A stretch of 64,000 nt of DNA from a virus. Its lineage: Duplodnaviria > Heunggongvirae > Uroviricota > Caudoviricetes. Below the pieces are notes generated by a model. It worked only from the letters and a program-made list of their open reading frames with translations. It had not been told where the DNA came from and did not search any database. The position numbers and the translations under genes were made by a program. The stretch covers positions 33,387 to 97,386 of IMG/VR virus record IMGVR_UViG_3300031760_000012; one strand, given 5' to 3'. Below, piece after piece: positions 29,338 through 39,522 of this stretch. Positions within the stretch are counted from its first letter, which is position 1, and each line of letters begins with the position of its first letter.

Positions 29338-30186
29338 CAATCATGTTACCCTACTGGCTTTTTATCCAATAGTTCCGGAGCTTTCGCTCTTTTAGGCTGG
29401 TCAATTCCAGCTCGGTTCAGCATATATTTTCATAATCAATTATGTCCCGCACTCTTGGGAATATTATTGCTTCCTTAACGCTCAATTCCTATGCGTTACA
29501 ACCCCCAGCGGTTACTGTGGGGTCACGGTATTAGCATAGGCACCACCCGTAGCCTCTACCGTTTTTGCGGGATTTTCCGACGCCGATTTACTATTACGCA
29601 GTGATGCATGCATCGATGTGTGATCTTGCAATGTCATGACTTTTAAATTATCAACATTATTATTTGTTCTATTTCCGTCTATGTGATGAACTACAAATCC
29701 TTGTTTTAAGTATGATTTCCCGTTAATATCAATCGAATTTTCAGGTGTTAACAAATATTGTTCTGCCACAAGTCTATGCTCAAGAACAAATCCATCGCAG
29801 TTGGCAAATGGATGATCTGGTGTTCTTACGAGTATATATCCATAAGTGTTAACTTTCTTGTCGGATTTCCATATTGGATTCTGTTCCCCTCTATTTCCGT
29901 AGTTTGGGTTGTTTTCTCCTTTATATAAAGTTTTTCTATACACAGCCATACACTCCATAGAGCAACAAGAACCATACTTGATTTTCTTTTGAGCTGATGG
30001 TCTCACATAATGAAGCTTTCCGCACACGACACAAGGAACCAGATTTTTATTATTCTTCTTTTTATATTCGCCTTCACACTGTTTGCTGCAAAAATGATGT
30101 TCGCGATCCAGTCTTTCTTTATGCTTGCAGTCAAAAGTCTTCCCGCAATTATCGCATACTAATTCCACATGCATTTATGCTACCTC
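29338..30186 (-). mobile_element. group I intron in dut (about 849 nt) carrying an HNH homing endonuclease ORF
   Basis: Exon 1 ends ...GIIDA on a U. The intron ends on a G immediately before GAC-TAC. Joining the exons restores motif 3 (GIIDA-DYYY). The dut reading frame hits a TAA right at the junction and the HNH ATG overlaps that stop. A Q-like element AAAUCCCGCAAAA is present (plus-strand 29563-29575). Confidence 0.6.
29512..30174 (-). CDS. HNH homing endonuclease (intron-encoded)
   Basis: 220 aa; Cys-rich N-terminal zinc motifs and HNH core GYILV...HRLVAEQ...VVHHIDGNRTNNNVDNL. Confidence 0.8.
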   Translation of the reverse strand: MHVELVCDNCGKTFDCKHKERLDREHHFCSKQCEGEYKKKNNKNLVPCVVCGKLHYVRPSAQKKIKYGSCCSMECMAVYRKTLYKGENNPNYGNRGEQNPIWKSDKKVNTYGYILVRTPDHPFANCDGFVLEHRLVAEQYLLTPENSIDINGKSYLKQGFVVHHIDGNRTNNNVDNLKVMTLQDHTSMHASLRNSKSASENPAKTVEATGGAYANTVTPQ

Positions 30187-30582
30187 AGCGTCGATAATTC
30201 CGCATGTGTTTTGCAGCGTTACCCCGTATTTAAATCCAAGTCCACTTCTTGGACAAATCGTAAAAACCCATCCGTCGCGGATCTTTACTCTTATCCCTGT
30301 TGGAATAACTACACCAACGCCGTTTGATGGAAGTGTAACCTTCAACGGAGATCTAATATCGTAGCCAGCAGATCCTGCAGTGCTGCGTTCTGGAAGACGA
30401 ATATCTTCCCATATCGCAAAGGCATCCTCCTTGCTTGTATACTCCCCGAGATCTTTAAGGCTTTGTTCAAAAATGGCAAAGCTTACCTTTTCAAAATTTC
30501 CCACTACTGGTATTTTTGCATTAAAATTCTCGTTTGTCAATTTAATAGTACCTCCTCTTGTTCCGGTTCCGCAAACGCGCAT
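30187..30582 (-). CDS. dut: dUTPase, exon 1 (motifs 1-3a)
   Basis: AGSAGYDIRS (motif 1), ICPRSGLGFKYGV (motif 2), NTCGIIDA (start of motif 3). Confidence 0.65.
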
Positions 30583-30890
30583 CCGATCTCAGCATCTACA
30601 AATTTTAGTTCTGCGTACATGTCAGACAACGTTCCGTGGTTGACAGACAGCAAGGCGTCAATCGCTTGAAGCCTTGCCATCATGTCCACTTTGTCCACAA
30701 GCTCATTGCCGAGTTGATCCAAGAGATCCTCTCGCTGCATGTACAGCATGTTAATTTCGTCGAGCAGTTCCTCTATCGTGAACTGTATCTCGTCTCCATA
30801 ATTCATTATTTCTTCTAACATGAAATCTCCGTATCCAATTCGTCGGCAACTGTACTTATCCATCCACGGTGATTGTGCGTAAGCGTACAT
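30537..30890 (-). CDS. hypothetical acidic protein
   Basis: 117-aa ORF; overlaps the annotated dut start region, so one of the two start sites is uncertain. Confidence 0.4.
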   Translation of the reverse strand: MYAYAQSPWMDKYSCRRIGYGDFMLEEIMNYGDEIQFTIEELLDEINMLYMQREDLLDQLGNELVDKVDMMARLQAIDALLSVNHGTLSDMYAELKFVDAEIGCAFAEPEQEEVLLN

Positions 30891-31567
30891 GCGGCTACAC
30901 GTTCGTCTTCCTTACTCAAGAACAGGTTAATCGTACTGGCGAACCCGCTGTTCTCTGGATGGCGGTACAGGTCCATCTGGCCCGTGTGACCTATGACGAT
31001 CACCTTGCACGAGTCGTGCATACGCGTCAGTGTTTTCTTTAGCTCCGACAAATAAAAGTTCTGAGCTTCGTCGATTATGACGACTTTGTTTTCGAAGTTC
31101 GTCCCACGCAGGAATGTGTGTGGCATACACTGGATGAACGCCGTTCCATTCTTCTTGCCTTCGAGGTTGTCGTCTGAGACAACGACTCTATTTGGGTCTT
31201 TGTTAATATTTATGATCGCTTCGTAAAGTGGCTCCATATATGGGGCTGTCTTCTGCTCCGTGCCGCCAGGCAGATAACCTTGTTTCTGTTCCTGTGTCGG
31301 CGCGACGATGTAAACGATCCCATCGTAAAGTCCATATTCATATAGCAAGTTAGCCGTGCCAAGCGCCACCGTGGTCTTACCGGTTCCTGCTTTGGCGTTT
31401 GCAAAGATGATCTTCTTCTGTGTGTTCCAGATCGCGTCTCGGAATACTTCTTGTTCATCGTCGAGAGACAGTCCGTAAAATATGTGATCATGTAGGTCTT
31501 TTGGAACGGACTGCCCTTTGCTACTGCTCGTCTTGCTTTTTGCCATCGTTACCTCCGATCTATTCAT
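30815..31567 (-). CDS. phoH: PhoH-like ATPase
   Basis: Walker A AKAGTGKTTVALG and the DEAQN motif characteristic of the PhoH family. Confidence 0.8.
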   Translation of the reverse strand: MNRSEVTMAKSKTSSSKGQSVPKDLHDHIFYGLSLDDEQEVFRDAIWNTQKKIIFANAKAGTGKTTVALGTANLLYEYGLYDGIVYIVAPTQEQKQGYLPGGTEQKTAPYMEPLYEAIININKDPNRVVVSDDNLEGKKNGTAFIQCMPHTFLRGTNFENKVVIIDEAQNFYLSELKKTLTRMHDSCKVIVIGHTGQMDLYRHPENSGFASTINLFLSKEDERVAACTLTHNHRGWISTVADELDTEISC

Positions 31568-32426
31568 CTTTTGTAACTACTGTTCCAGCTCCTTCTACGG
31601 TTATCCAACCGTGCTTCAGCCTTGCTTCGGCTTCCTTCATCGCGATCAGTTCCGGTGTGATTGATGATGACAGACGCTCGTTTGCCTGTGCTTCTCCGTC
31701 AGCTTTCGCGATCGCAATCTCAGCTTCGTTCTGCGCCTTGATCAGCTTAGTCTCAGCTTCTACCTTGGCGGTCTCCTGCTCAGCTTTCGCCTGATCAGCT
31801 TTCTGCTGCGCCTCGATGCGGTTGTTGATCGCTGTCTTGAGCTGCTTGTCAGGATGTACGTCGATGATCGACGCATCAATGACCTCGATGCCGTACTGCT
31901 TTTTGAATTTGTCGTTCAGATAATCAGTGAGCTTATTGTTAATCTCGCTCCTGTTTCCGCTGTACAGATCCATCAGCGAATAGTCAGTTGTTACTTCAGA
32001 CACGGTTGACTTCAGAACTGTCTTGACGCGGTTGTTTACGATCGCTTCTCCGTCCATGCCCTTGAACTTTTTGTACGTGTCGATTACTTTGTCAGGGATG
32101 AACCTATACGACATCTGGAAGCTGATTGCGATCGACGCGTTGTCAGACGTCGCGACGCGGAACGACTCGTTCTTGGAGCTTCCTTCGCGCTTGTCTTTCG
32201 TCAGGATCAGCTGCTCGTTGCCGACTGTGAACTCCTTTACTTTCTTTGTCGGCGCGACCAAGTGCCAGCCCTGCTGCAAGGTCTCGTCCTTAACTCCGCC
32301 GTTCATCGAGTACACGACTCCTTCGTATCCGACAGGAATCTTCTCAATGCAAATAAACGTCATGATTAAAGTGAATACTAAAACAATTGCTACAACAGCA
32401 GCTCCGATTCTACCAATGTTCGACAT
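31560..32426 (-). CDS. SPFH/band-7 (stomatin/prohibitin-like) membrane protein
   Basis: N-terminal TM helix then VPVGYEGVVYSMNGGV...QGWHLVAP, an SPFH-domain-like core, plus a long coiled-coil tail. Confidence 0.7.
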   Translation of the reverse strand: MSNIGRIGAAVVAIVLVFTLIMTFICIEKIPVGYEGVVYSMNGGVKDETLQQGWHLVAPTKKVKEFTVGNEQLILTKDKREGSSKNESFRVATSDNASIAISFQMSYRFIPDKVIDTYKKFKGMDGEAIVNNRVKTVLKSTVSEVTTDYSLMDLYSGNRSEINNKLTDYLNDKFKKQYGIEVIDASIIDVHPDKQLKTAINNRIEAQQKADQAKAEQETAKVEAETKLIKAQNEAEIAIAKADGEAQANERLSSSITPELIAMKEAEARLKHGWITVEGAGTVVTKDE

Positions 32427-32581
32427 CTTTATCCCTTTCTATTTCCATATTCTTCTTGACATTTTCGTATATGTTTACTACTTCATTTCCTACTCTGGCG
32501 GAGATCAGTGAGTACGTCGCAACGACCCACACGATCACAGCCGCCAAGATGACAAGTATCCAGAATGCGATATTCATATTA

Positions 32582-32827
32582 TTACCTCATCCACGGAGGA
32601 GCGTCGTCGAAATGCTTCACTCCGGTTTCATACTTCTTCCGCGCACCACAGTTCGGACAGTAATTATACGTCGCAAAGACGCTGTTGCTGATATGCCACA
32701 CTCCATCGTTGTCGGCATATTGTGTATGGCACGCGTGCTCGAATCCACATGAACAGTGCATGTAGTACGCCGAGTCGATCTTGTACTTGCGGATCTCCCA
32801 TACATGATCTCTTCCTCTAAGTTTCAT
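32582..32827 (-). CDS. small zinc-ribbon protein
   Basis: 81 aa with CSCGFEHACH...CPNCG cysteine pairs. Confidence 0.45.
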   Translation of the reverse strand: MKLRGRDHVWEIRKYKIDSAYYMHCSCGFEHACHTQYADNDGVWHISNSVFATYNYCPNCGARKKYETGVKHFDDAPPWMR

Positions 32828-32836
32828 CGCTCCTCC

Positions 32837-33535
32837 TTATATATGACAGTCCACGATCGTCAGGATCCATTCCGGGTCAGCTGTGTCAATGAATCGCTCG
32901 CGATAGTTTCTATCCCAGTCACGTGCCTCTTCAGGTGTTTCGCTCGACAAACCGAACCAGCCCATTCTACCTTTCTCATGCCACTTTCCGTCAGGCGTCA
33001 CAACTGCGAGCGTATTAAACTCAGAGTTGCGCCGTGCGTAGTCATCGGCAGAATCGTAATATTCCTGATAATATTCTTTCGTGTACCACGTGTTTGCGAT
33101 GTCGTTCATGATGTCGTCCCATTCCACGATGCTTTCGTCGTATATTTCGCGGCTTCCTGCAAAGTCAATATTTTTCACCTTGGCGGAATCGCTATATCCG
33201 GCGAACCATTCTGACACCGTTGTGTACGTCTCGAGCAAGTCACTAAATCTGCCGCCAATACTGTACCAGTCCCATTTACTGTCAGGGTTATACGTTGTCA
33301 AAAGATTGCCATCATCGTCGATCATGTCGTCGTCATACATCGACGCGATCTGATTATAGTAATCTGCGTCGGTCATGTTCGGCTCGTTCTTGTACCGCTC
33401 TTTGCCTTCTTTAATCGCTTCGTCGCGCGTGTACTGAATGTACGGTTCAACCTCGATGTTTTCGTCGTATGGCGCGAGCAACTCATTAATGTCCTGATCT
33501 TCTCTGTGAAATACTGCAACTGCGTAGTGAGACAT
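32837..33535 (-). CDS. hypothetical acidic protein
   Basis: 232-aa ORF with a KWDWYSIGGRF motif; family not recognized. Confidence 0.5.
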   Translation of the reverse strand: MSHYAVAVFHREDQDINELLAPYDENIEVEPYIQYTRDEAIKEGKERYKNEPNMTDADYYNQIASMYDDDMIDDDGNLLTTYNPDSKWDWYSIGGRFSDLLETYTTVSEWFAGYSDSAKVKNIDFAGSREIYDESIVEWDDIMNDIANTWYTKEYYQEYYDSADDYARRNSEFNTLAVVTPDGKWHEKGRMGWFGLSSETPEEARDWDRNYRERFIDTADPEWILTIVDCHI

Positions 33536-33954
33536 TACAGCTCCTTTCGTGTTACCTTTACTTCGACGTGGCGATCACCTTCGAGGTCGGCGCTCATGTC
33601 GAGCAGATCCCCGTCTACGTGAACGCTGAAATTACCTTCGATCTTGCCGATTCCACTTTCTTCTGAGAATCCGAGCAACCACATTCCGACATCCCTCAGT
33701 TCGATTTCTGGGATGAAGTCTTGTTTTACAGATTTGTTTTCAGGCATAAGCATCTCCTCCGTCCATAAATATTTCTGATCGTCAGCGGCAAGGTTGTAAT
33801 ATCCATTGCCGTCGAACCCTTTAATTCTCCTCGTGATCTTGGTCGTTGATCCGCAGTACTCGCCCATCGATTCAACGTCGAAGTCCCACGATGGGTCGAT
33901 GTTTTCTTCCTGGCGGATCGTGACCGTATCTCCAATCTTATATTTAAACCTCAA
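33535..33954 (-). CDS. hypothetical protein
   Basis: 139-aa ORF; ATGA-type overlap with neighbours. Confidence 0.5.
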   Translation of the reverse strand: MRFKYKIGDTVTIRQEENIDPSWDFDVESMGEYCGSTTKITRRIKGFDGNGYYNLAADDQKYLWTEEMLMPENKSVKQDFIPEIELRDVGMWLLGFSEESGIGKIEGNFSVHVDGDLLDMSADLEGDRHVEVKVTRKEL

Positions 33955-34468
33955 TATGCTCCTCCTTGATCATCCAGTCGAAAAATTCCATGAATCTGTC
34001 ATGCAGCTCTTCCAGAGGACCGTTGTTGACGAATGCGTAGTCGTACGCGTAGTCGTGCACGTTGTCATCAGCCATGTTGCCGTATGTGCGCTGGACGCGA
34101 TTCTCGATCAGCAATGTCACGACAGGCACTTCGGTCACCGCACTGACAAAGTGCTCTATCTCTGACGGCTCTCTGATGTGGACAAACATAATGTCGACAT
34201 CGTCCCATTCCAGAAACGCATCGTATATTTCTTTCATGCAGCGGAACGGCAGATCGTTGTACTCCGTGAACGCCAGCTTCACATCCGAAAGAAGTTTCCG
34301 CCCTGCGTCAGTTTTGAATTCCGACTCTGGCACTCCCGCCAGAGAGAGAATTTCCTTGATTGGTGCAATCGACGATGTGTTCAGTACCTCATAGTGCTGC
34401 GCCACAATGTCGACTACTGTATCCTTGCCGGATCCTCCAGACCCGTTAATCACTACTACGAATTTCAT
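33944..34468 (-). CDS. P-loop nucleotide/nucleoside kinase-like protein
   Basis: N-terminal Walker A VVINGSGGSGKDT; size and position fit a phage dNMP/nucleotide kinase. Confidence 0.5.
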   Translation of the reverse strand: MKFVVVINGSGGSGKDTVVDIVAQHYEVLNTSSIAPIKEILSLAGVPESEFKTDAGRKLLSDVKLAFTEYNDLPFRCMKEIYDAFLEWDDVDIMFVHIREPSEIEHFVSAVTEVPVVTLLIENRVQRTYGNMADDNVHDYAYDYAFVNNGPLEELHDRFMEFFDWMIKEEHIEV

Positions 34469-34624
34469 CCTTGTTCTCCAGTCCTATAACCCACTCTTCT
34501 ATTACATCATTCCACAGATCACCGAGCTTGTTTGTCAGCGTCATCAGGTCGAGAAAGGTCTGTGGGTTCTCTCGTGCGATCGTCTGCGACAAATACAGCT
34601 GAAAATCCAGCTCTTCTAACCTAG

Positions 34625-35143
34625 TCATATCGACACCTTTGGCTCGGACAGTTCGACCAGTTCGTCATTCGGCAGGTCTGTGCAGAAACAGATTCCATCG
34701 TGCTCTGCAAAAATATCGCTTGCAATATTCTCGTACAGCGTTGAGCGCATACCGTGAACATCGCCAAGGTTGTCGTCGAAGAACTGAACTACCTTATTAG
34801 CAAATACGATATAACTGACAGGGTTAGTAAACACGCCATCAACAGTTTCCATAAACGAGAAAGCAGGGTTCCCTTCGAGTGCTCTCCGAAACACGTTCGC
34901 GCTCGCCGTCCTGAATGAGTTAGCCGTGACTACCGTGACCTTAATAGTAACTCCTCCGAATGTCTTCTCTGCCGGCAGGAGCTGAGCAATCGCCTCGGCT
35001 TTGTCGTCGTTGTCAACAAGCAGCCTGATCTCGCCTTTGAGCTCGTTGTATTTCACGGTGATCTCAGGGTCTGCTCCGAATAACGCTTCGATCTCTCTGT
35101 AATAAGTCACCCATGGTGCGCTAAGTCCAACAATGTTTTTCAT
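34625..35143 (-). CDS. hypothetical protein
   Basis: 172-aa ORF between the kinase and nrdG. Confidence 0.45.
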   Translation of the reverse strand: MKNIVGLSAPWVTYYREIEALFGADPEITVKYNELKGEIRLLVDNDDKAEAIAQLLPAEKTFGGVTIKVTVVTANSFRTASANVFRRALEGNPAFSFMETVDGVFTNPVSYIVFANKVVQFFDDNLGDVHGMRSTLYENIASDIFAEHDGICFCTDLPNDELVELSEPKVSI

Positions 35144-35145
35144 GA

Positions 35146-35703
35146 TTACTCCTCTTTGTACTTAAATTGATAACAGATTTTGCCCCATTGTTCATGTGGC
35201 TGATATTCCGGACACTCGTCCGTATTTTGATGTGCGCATGCGTCGCACTTCAGATCGATGATTCTCTGGTTTGTCGAACCCCTGAATCGCAGCGACACGT
35301 CGCGCTTGTCCTGCTCGAAGCAGCCGTCAACGAGAACATTACACTTGATCAGTAACCGCATCATGTTCGCGTTGGAATATATTTCGTCCAGTGTGAATCC
35401 GGTATAGATCCACACGTTGTCGTTTGGAATCTCGAGTTGCTCCAGAAGTTCGCACACTTCGTAGGCGCTATACATCGGGTCACCGCCAGAGAGAGTGATC
35501 CCACTGAGGAATGGTCTCTTCATGATCTCCTCATTTATCTGGCGGATCAGCTCAGGTGTGACTGGCTCGCCGTTCTCGAAGTCGTGCGTCTGTGGCGAAT
35601 GGCACCCAGGGCAATCGTGTTCACATCCGGAGACGAATAACACGCATCGGACCCCGGATCCATCAGCGAGAGATTCGTAGTCGACTCCACTTAAATACAG
35701 CAT
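35146..35703 (-). CDS. nrdG: anaerobic ribonucleotide reductase activating protein (radical SAM)
   Basis: GVRCVLFVSGCEHDCPGCHSPQTHDF matches the NrdG GxRxxxFxxGCxxxCxxCxN signature; 185 aa. Confidence 0.8.
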   Translation of the reverse strand: MLYLSGVDYESLADGSGVRCVLFVSGCEHDCPGCHSPQTHDFENGEPVTPELIRQINEEIMKRPFLSGITLSGGDPMYSAYEVCELLEQLEIPNDNVWIYTGFTLDEIYSNANMMRLLIKCNVLVDGCFEQDKRDVSLRFRGSTNQRIIDLKCDACAHQNTDECPEYQPHEQWGKICYQFKYKEE

Positions 35704-35716
35704 TCATTCAACTCCT

Positions 35717-35968
35717 TCATGTGTGTATATATTCATTGCAGCATGTTTTGATAGGATCAGTGTCCCCTATGAGATTAGCGAAGTTGCTAATCCACAGTTT
35801 GTACTCCAGCTCGTCTATTCTCTGTTCGCATTCGTGTTGTCTCTCTTCGAGTACGATTTTCAACGCGTCCATGATCCCTTGCTTGTATGGGTTATCTGGG
35901 CTATTGTCTGCGAGATCCCACAGTCTTTGAATTACCTCATCCATGATCATTCTCCTTCTGGCGGTCAA
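35717..35968 (-). CDS. hypothetical protein
   Basis: 83-aa ORF. Confidence 0.4.
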   Translation of the reverse strand: MTARRRMIMDEVIQRLWDLADNSPDNPYKQGIMDALKIVLEERQHECEQRIDELEYKLWISNFANLIGDTDPIKTCCNEYIHT

Positions 35969-36201
35969 TCATCGATTGCAAGGTTATCGATCTTTTTGTA
36001 CGCGTCCAAATACCACTCGTCCATATCTCCGTTGTATGTCAGCTCGTAGTACATGCCGTCACGAAGAGAACTCGCGATGAGATACTTCCAGTTCTGCAGG
36101 ATCTTGCTTTTCCATACGATGTATGTTGTGAAACTCTCTGTAGTATCTTCCATATGTGCAATGATATAATCTCTCACTATGTTTACAGCTCTATAATCCA
36201 T
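35965..36201 (-). CDS. hypothetical protein
   Basis: 78-aa ORF; ATGA overlap with the upstream gene. Confidence 0.4.
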   Translation of the reverse strand: MDYRAVNIVRDYIIAHMEDTTESFTTYIVWKSKILQNWKYLIASSLRDGMYYELTYNGDMDEWYLDAYKKIDNLAIDD

Positions 36202-36204
36202 GTT

Positions 36205-36654
36205 CTATATCAGACCCCTTTCCTTCGCTTCTTTTTGTTTCATCCAGATGTATCCGCCAGCCTTGCGATAGAAGTGCTCCTTGTTCACGACCCAGCTGAT
36301 GCTTTGGTGGTGAACTCCGGTCGCTCTTGACGCAGCACCGATCGACGGATACGTCGCGATGAGGTTGAGGTCACCGTCGAACTGTGCAACGGCGACCCTG
36401 ACGCTTACCTTTGGCGGTTTATGAAGTACTTCAGTGTTGTACCTTATGTTGTACGAACAGTCACACCATTCCAGATTGTCGGCACGGTTGTTCGTCTTGT
36501 CGCCATCTTTGTGATTGACGTATATGAAGTTACCAGGATCTGGATTGTCAACAAACGCTTCTGCGACGATTCTGTGAACTCGCAGCTTTTTGGGCTTGCC
36601 GTCTTTCGTCAGGCTGATTCGCATATACCCGTACGTTTCCAGCGTTGGCTTCAT
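36205..36654 (-). CDS. free-standing HNH homing endonuclease
   Basis: HRIVAEAFVDNP...YVNHKDGDKTNNRADNLEW, an HNH_3-type core; located just downstream of nrdD. Confidence 0.75.
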   Translation of the reverse strand: MKPTLETYGYMRISLTKDGKPKKLRVHRIVAEAFVDNPDPGNFIYVNHKDGDKTNNRADNLEWCDCSYNIRYNTEVLHKPPKVSVRVAVAQFDGDLNLIATYPSIGAASRATGVHHQSISWVVNKEHFYRKAGGYIWMKQKEAKERGLI

Positions 36655-36755
36655 GATTTTTCCAGTGCGGAGTGACTTAATGTCGCCTGCATCGCTTACT
36701 TCGTATAGTCCTTCGTATCCTTTTATTTCCTTCCATTGAATAGCACATCACCACC

Positions 36756-37727
36756 TTACAGCTCGGTGTAAGCACTATGCTTTACACGGTCGTTTGTCTC
36801 GGCATATTTGCCATCGTTAAATCTCCTATAGTCTGCGGTCAGATATCCTGTAACTCGCCTGAGCTGTAATATGTTTTCGCTTCCGCACTCAGGACATCGG
36901 TCGTTAAACTCTCCCTGATATCCACAATCGAGACACGAGTCTATAGGAAAATTAAATGCAAGGTATGGAATATCGAGTTCTTTAAACGCATAGTCTATAA
37001 TATCTTCGACAGCTTTCGTATTGTTTACAAATGTTGAGTCTAGTTCGACATATGTGATGCAACCAGACTTCGGATACTTCGTGAAAGGAGCTTCACATTC
37101 CAGCTTTTCAAAGATGGATACTTCTTCCCATACAGGAACATGGTGAGAGTTTGTCAGATACTCTCTGTCTGTTACATTAGGAATAGATCCGTACTGTTCA
37201 TATAATTTGTTCCTCGCTGTCATACACAAACTCTCAGCAGGAGTCGCGTATGCCGCTCCATTCAGATTATTTCTTTCGCTAAACTCAGCTGCGAACTCTG
37301 CGATTCTTCTGACGACCGCCAGGGCGAAATCATGAATGTCTTTGTTGTGGACATGATTCTCTCCGAACAGCGCCTGACACATTTCTGCGATGCCGATATA
37401 CCCAAAGGCGAAACTGTTATGTTTCAGAGCATCGTAAACAGAATCTTTACATTTGTCGGCGTCAGATATTGTTCCATTCTGATACATAAACGGTGCCGCT
37501 TCAGCAGGTTGCTGTTTCATAATCTCAAAGCGCTCTAGATGCGCCTTTTCAACGAGCTTCAATGTTCTTTCGAGTTCATTCCAGAATCCGTCTAGATCTG
37601 GTTCTTTGCGCTTACCTAAACAGATGCCATATTCTATTCCGAGCTTTGGCAGAATAATCGTGATCGGGTTGTTGTTGCCGCGACCGACTCTACGATATCC
37701 GAGTCCGTTGCGATCATATCCGATCAT
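36756..37727 (-). CDS. nrdD: anaerobic ribonucleoside-triphosphate reductase, exon 3 (C-terminal part with zinc ribbon and glycyl-radical motif)
   Basis: NNNPITIILPKLG..., the CLDCGYQGEF..CPECG zinc ribbon, and the C-terminal RVTGYL glycyl-radical loop. Confidence 0.75.
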   Translation of the reverse strand: MIGYDRNGLGYRRVGRGNNNPITIILPKLGIEYGICLGKRKEPDLDGFWNELERTLKLVEKAHLERFEIMKQQPAEAAPFMYQNGTISDADKCKDSVYDALKHNSFAFGYIGIAEMCQALFGENHVHNKDIHDFALAVVRRIAEFAAEFSERNNLNGAAYATPAESLCMTARNKLYEQYGSIPNVTDREYLTNSHHVPVWEEVSIFEKLECEAPFTKYPKSGCITYVELDSTFVNNTKAVEDIIDYAFKELDIPYLAFNFPIDSCLDCGYQGEFNDRCPECGSENILQLRRVTGYLTADYRRFNDGKYAETNDRVKHSAYTEL

Positions 37728-38533
37728 CGTGCGACACGGGCGTTTCCGCCCAGACTATATCATGGGTGTCTGGTGCACCCCTCAAACGCTTCGACCCAAC
37801 GAGTTTCACGTCAGATCTACTCTACTCAGTTCCGTACCAGAAGTAACCCAGATTCCTCTTCTGGCGGCTTTTCGATAGTCGTTCCACATTCCGCAACATA
37901 ATCAAACACATAATCATAATGATTCTCTATTTCACCCTTCAATATCCTCGCGACCTTATGTCTGTCTACATGCAGGTCTTCTCCTAACGCTCTTATTGAC
38001 GGGTACTCTTTTCTCCAATCATCTTTAATGGCAACCACTTTAGTTCTGTTTTTGTGTGTTCTGTTTCCACTATGCCATCCATGGTATACATTGTATGAAT
38101 TAGTACACCATTCAAGATTATCAAGAGAGTTGTTAAGTTTATTACTATCAATATGGTTTACATATTTATAATTATTAGGATTATCTATAAATAAATTAGC
38201 GAATAACACATGTACTCTTATGTGTTTGCTGTCACCGTTTTCATCTCTTCTGGAAACTTGATAATAACCATCTGTTCCGACAAAAGGAGTCACAATATTT
38301 CCAGTCCTTGAGTTGTAGATGTTAAAATCATCATCTACCAAAAATCCTTTGTATTCTCTTATAAAAACACCCCCATTCGGAGTGTGTGATTATGTTGCTT
38401 AGCACGGCGATTACCATTGCTGGCTCCCCCGTTAGCACAGACACTATCTGTCATTTCCTACAGATCCTTCCGTTGTCTGTACACCCTACATGTGTAGGTT
38501 CGTTTGAGTTTTACATGGGCCGTCGTGTCGATA
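37728..38533 (-). mobile_element. group I intron 2 in nrdD with HNH ORF; the 5' boundary is approximate
   Basis: RNA (minus strand) has the S element GAUAUAGUCUGG followed by the P9 hairpin GGCGGAAACGCC (plus 37739-37763) just before exon 3. An R-like element GUGUACAGACAA lies at plus 38470-38486. The HNH ORF sits between R and S. Confidence 0.6.
37826..38341 (-). CDS. HNH homing endonuclease (intron-encoded)
   Basis: HVLFANLFIDNP...YVNHIDSNKLNNSLDNLEW HNH_3 core; 171 aa. Confidence 0.8.
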   Translation of the reverse strand: MVDDDFNIYNSRTGNIVTPFVGTDGYYQVSRRDENGDSKHIRVHVLFANLFIDNPNNYKYVNHIDSNKLNNSLDNLEWCTNSYNVYHGWHSGNRTHKNRTKVVAIKDDWRKEYPSIRALGEDLHVDRHKVARILKGEIENHYDYVFDYVAECGTTIEKPPEEESGLLLVRN

Positions 38534-39119
38534 TTGACCCATGGTTGCAAAATAAGTATCAGGATCATCCAGATCTTCATGCGCCTCTGACCAGTCGCAG
38601 TTTACAAAGTTCGGATAAATCCGTTTTGCCATTGACTTCAGAGCAAGCTCCTTGAGATCGTAATTCGGATCTCCCTGCTCTGCGTTATCTCCAGATTTGT
38701 ACTGGAATATCGAAATCGGGAATATTGGTGTAAGGTGGAATTTGCCAATTCCTGATATGCTTGCGAGCAACATGTGTCGCGTTACAAATCTTCCTTCCCA
38801 TGTAGTATTTCTTCCACTATTCAGGGACGTAAATGGAACTTGACTTCCAGCTCTACTCTCAAGTGTATTTAAATTGTGGTACAACGCTTCGAATGACTGC
38901 TTCCCCTCGCGCTCGAGCATATCCATCGCATAGTTATAAACTGCCTCGTGCCAGAGATAATCTTCTTGCTTGTAATCCCCAATAGATATATCAGCAGCCT
39001 CTTTCTTATATTTTTCGATCACTTCGTCACTTGCGTTTGCGATGTATTTCAGACCGTCCGCAAAATGTTTTATGAAGCTCTTCCTTACGAATGGGGCAAG
39101 ATCATAGTCTAGATGCCCA
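38534..39119 (-). CDS. nrdD: nrdD exon 2 (central part); its 3' end is approximate
   Basis: In-frame translation from the 3' splice site gives QYGGVASGHLDYDLAPFVRKSF...HNLNTLESRAGSQVPF...GDPNYDLKELAL...YPNF...ATMG, all class III RNR-like. Confidence 0.6.
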
Positions 39120-39522
39120 CTAGCTACACCGCCGTACTGCCAAACTATGTGTGCAGGTGTAGCATGTTACACACATAGCTCCGACTATATCTTCATCCGT
39201 TTATACGGAGATTCGCGCTTCGATTTAAGGGGGTTTCACCCACTGGGAATCACACCCAGCCCTACTCCTATTGCGAGCCAATACCGCCAATGGGATAGTC
39301 TGTTGACGTTTAAGATTGTTCTTTATAAAATCTAAATCCTTTTGTTGAGTTTTGTTTTCCAGTAAAACACAAATTTACATTTCCAATAAAAGAACAATCT
39401 ATTTCGCACAGGATATTTTCTGATCGGCTACATCAGAACCTTCCCCTGTTAGCACCATTACAGGCACACCCCGGTTGTCCGGGTTCACGAATTTTACTTC
39501 TGATCTTCTCAGATCAGTGAGG
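39120..39522 (-). mobile_element. group I intron 1 in nrdD (403 nt, no ORF)
   Basis: Exon 1 ends CAG-GU on a U and the intron ends ...UAGUUUG on a G. R element GUCAACAGACUAUCC (plus 39271-39287), S element GAAGAUAUAGUCGG (plus 39162-39172), then a P9 hairpin. The spliced product reads ...IMQCQSQ-V-QYGG..., in frame with exon 2. Confidence 0.7.

Noticed and set aside
39147-39335. 62-aa plus-strand ORF inside nrdD intron 1
   Set aside because: It is on the wrong strand relative to the operon and lies within the group I intron core; not a homing endonuclease.
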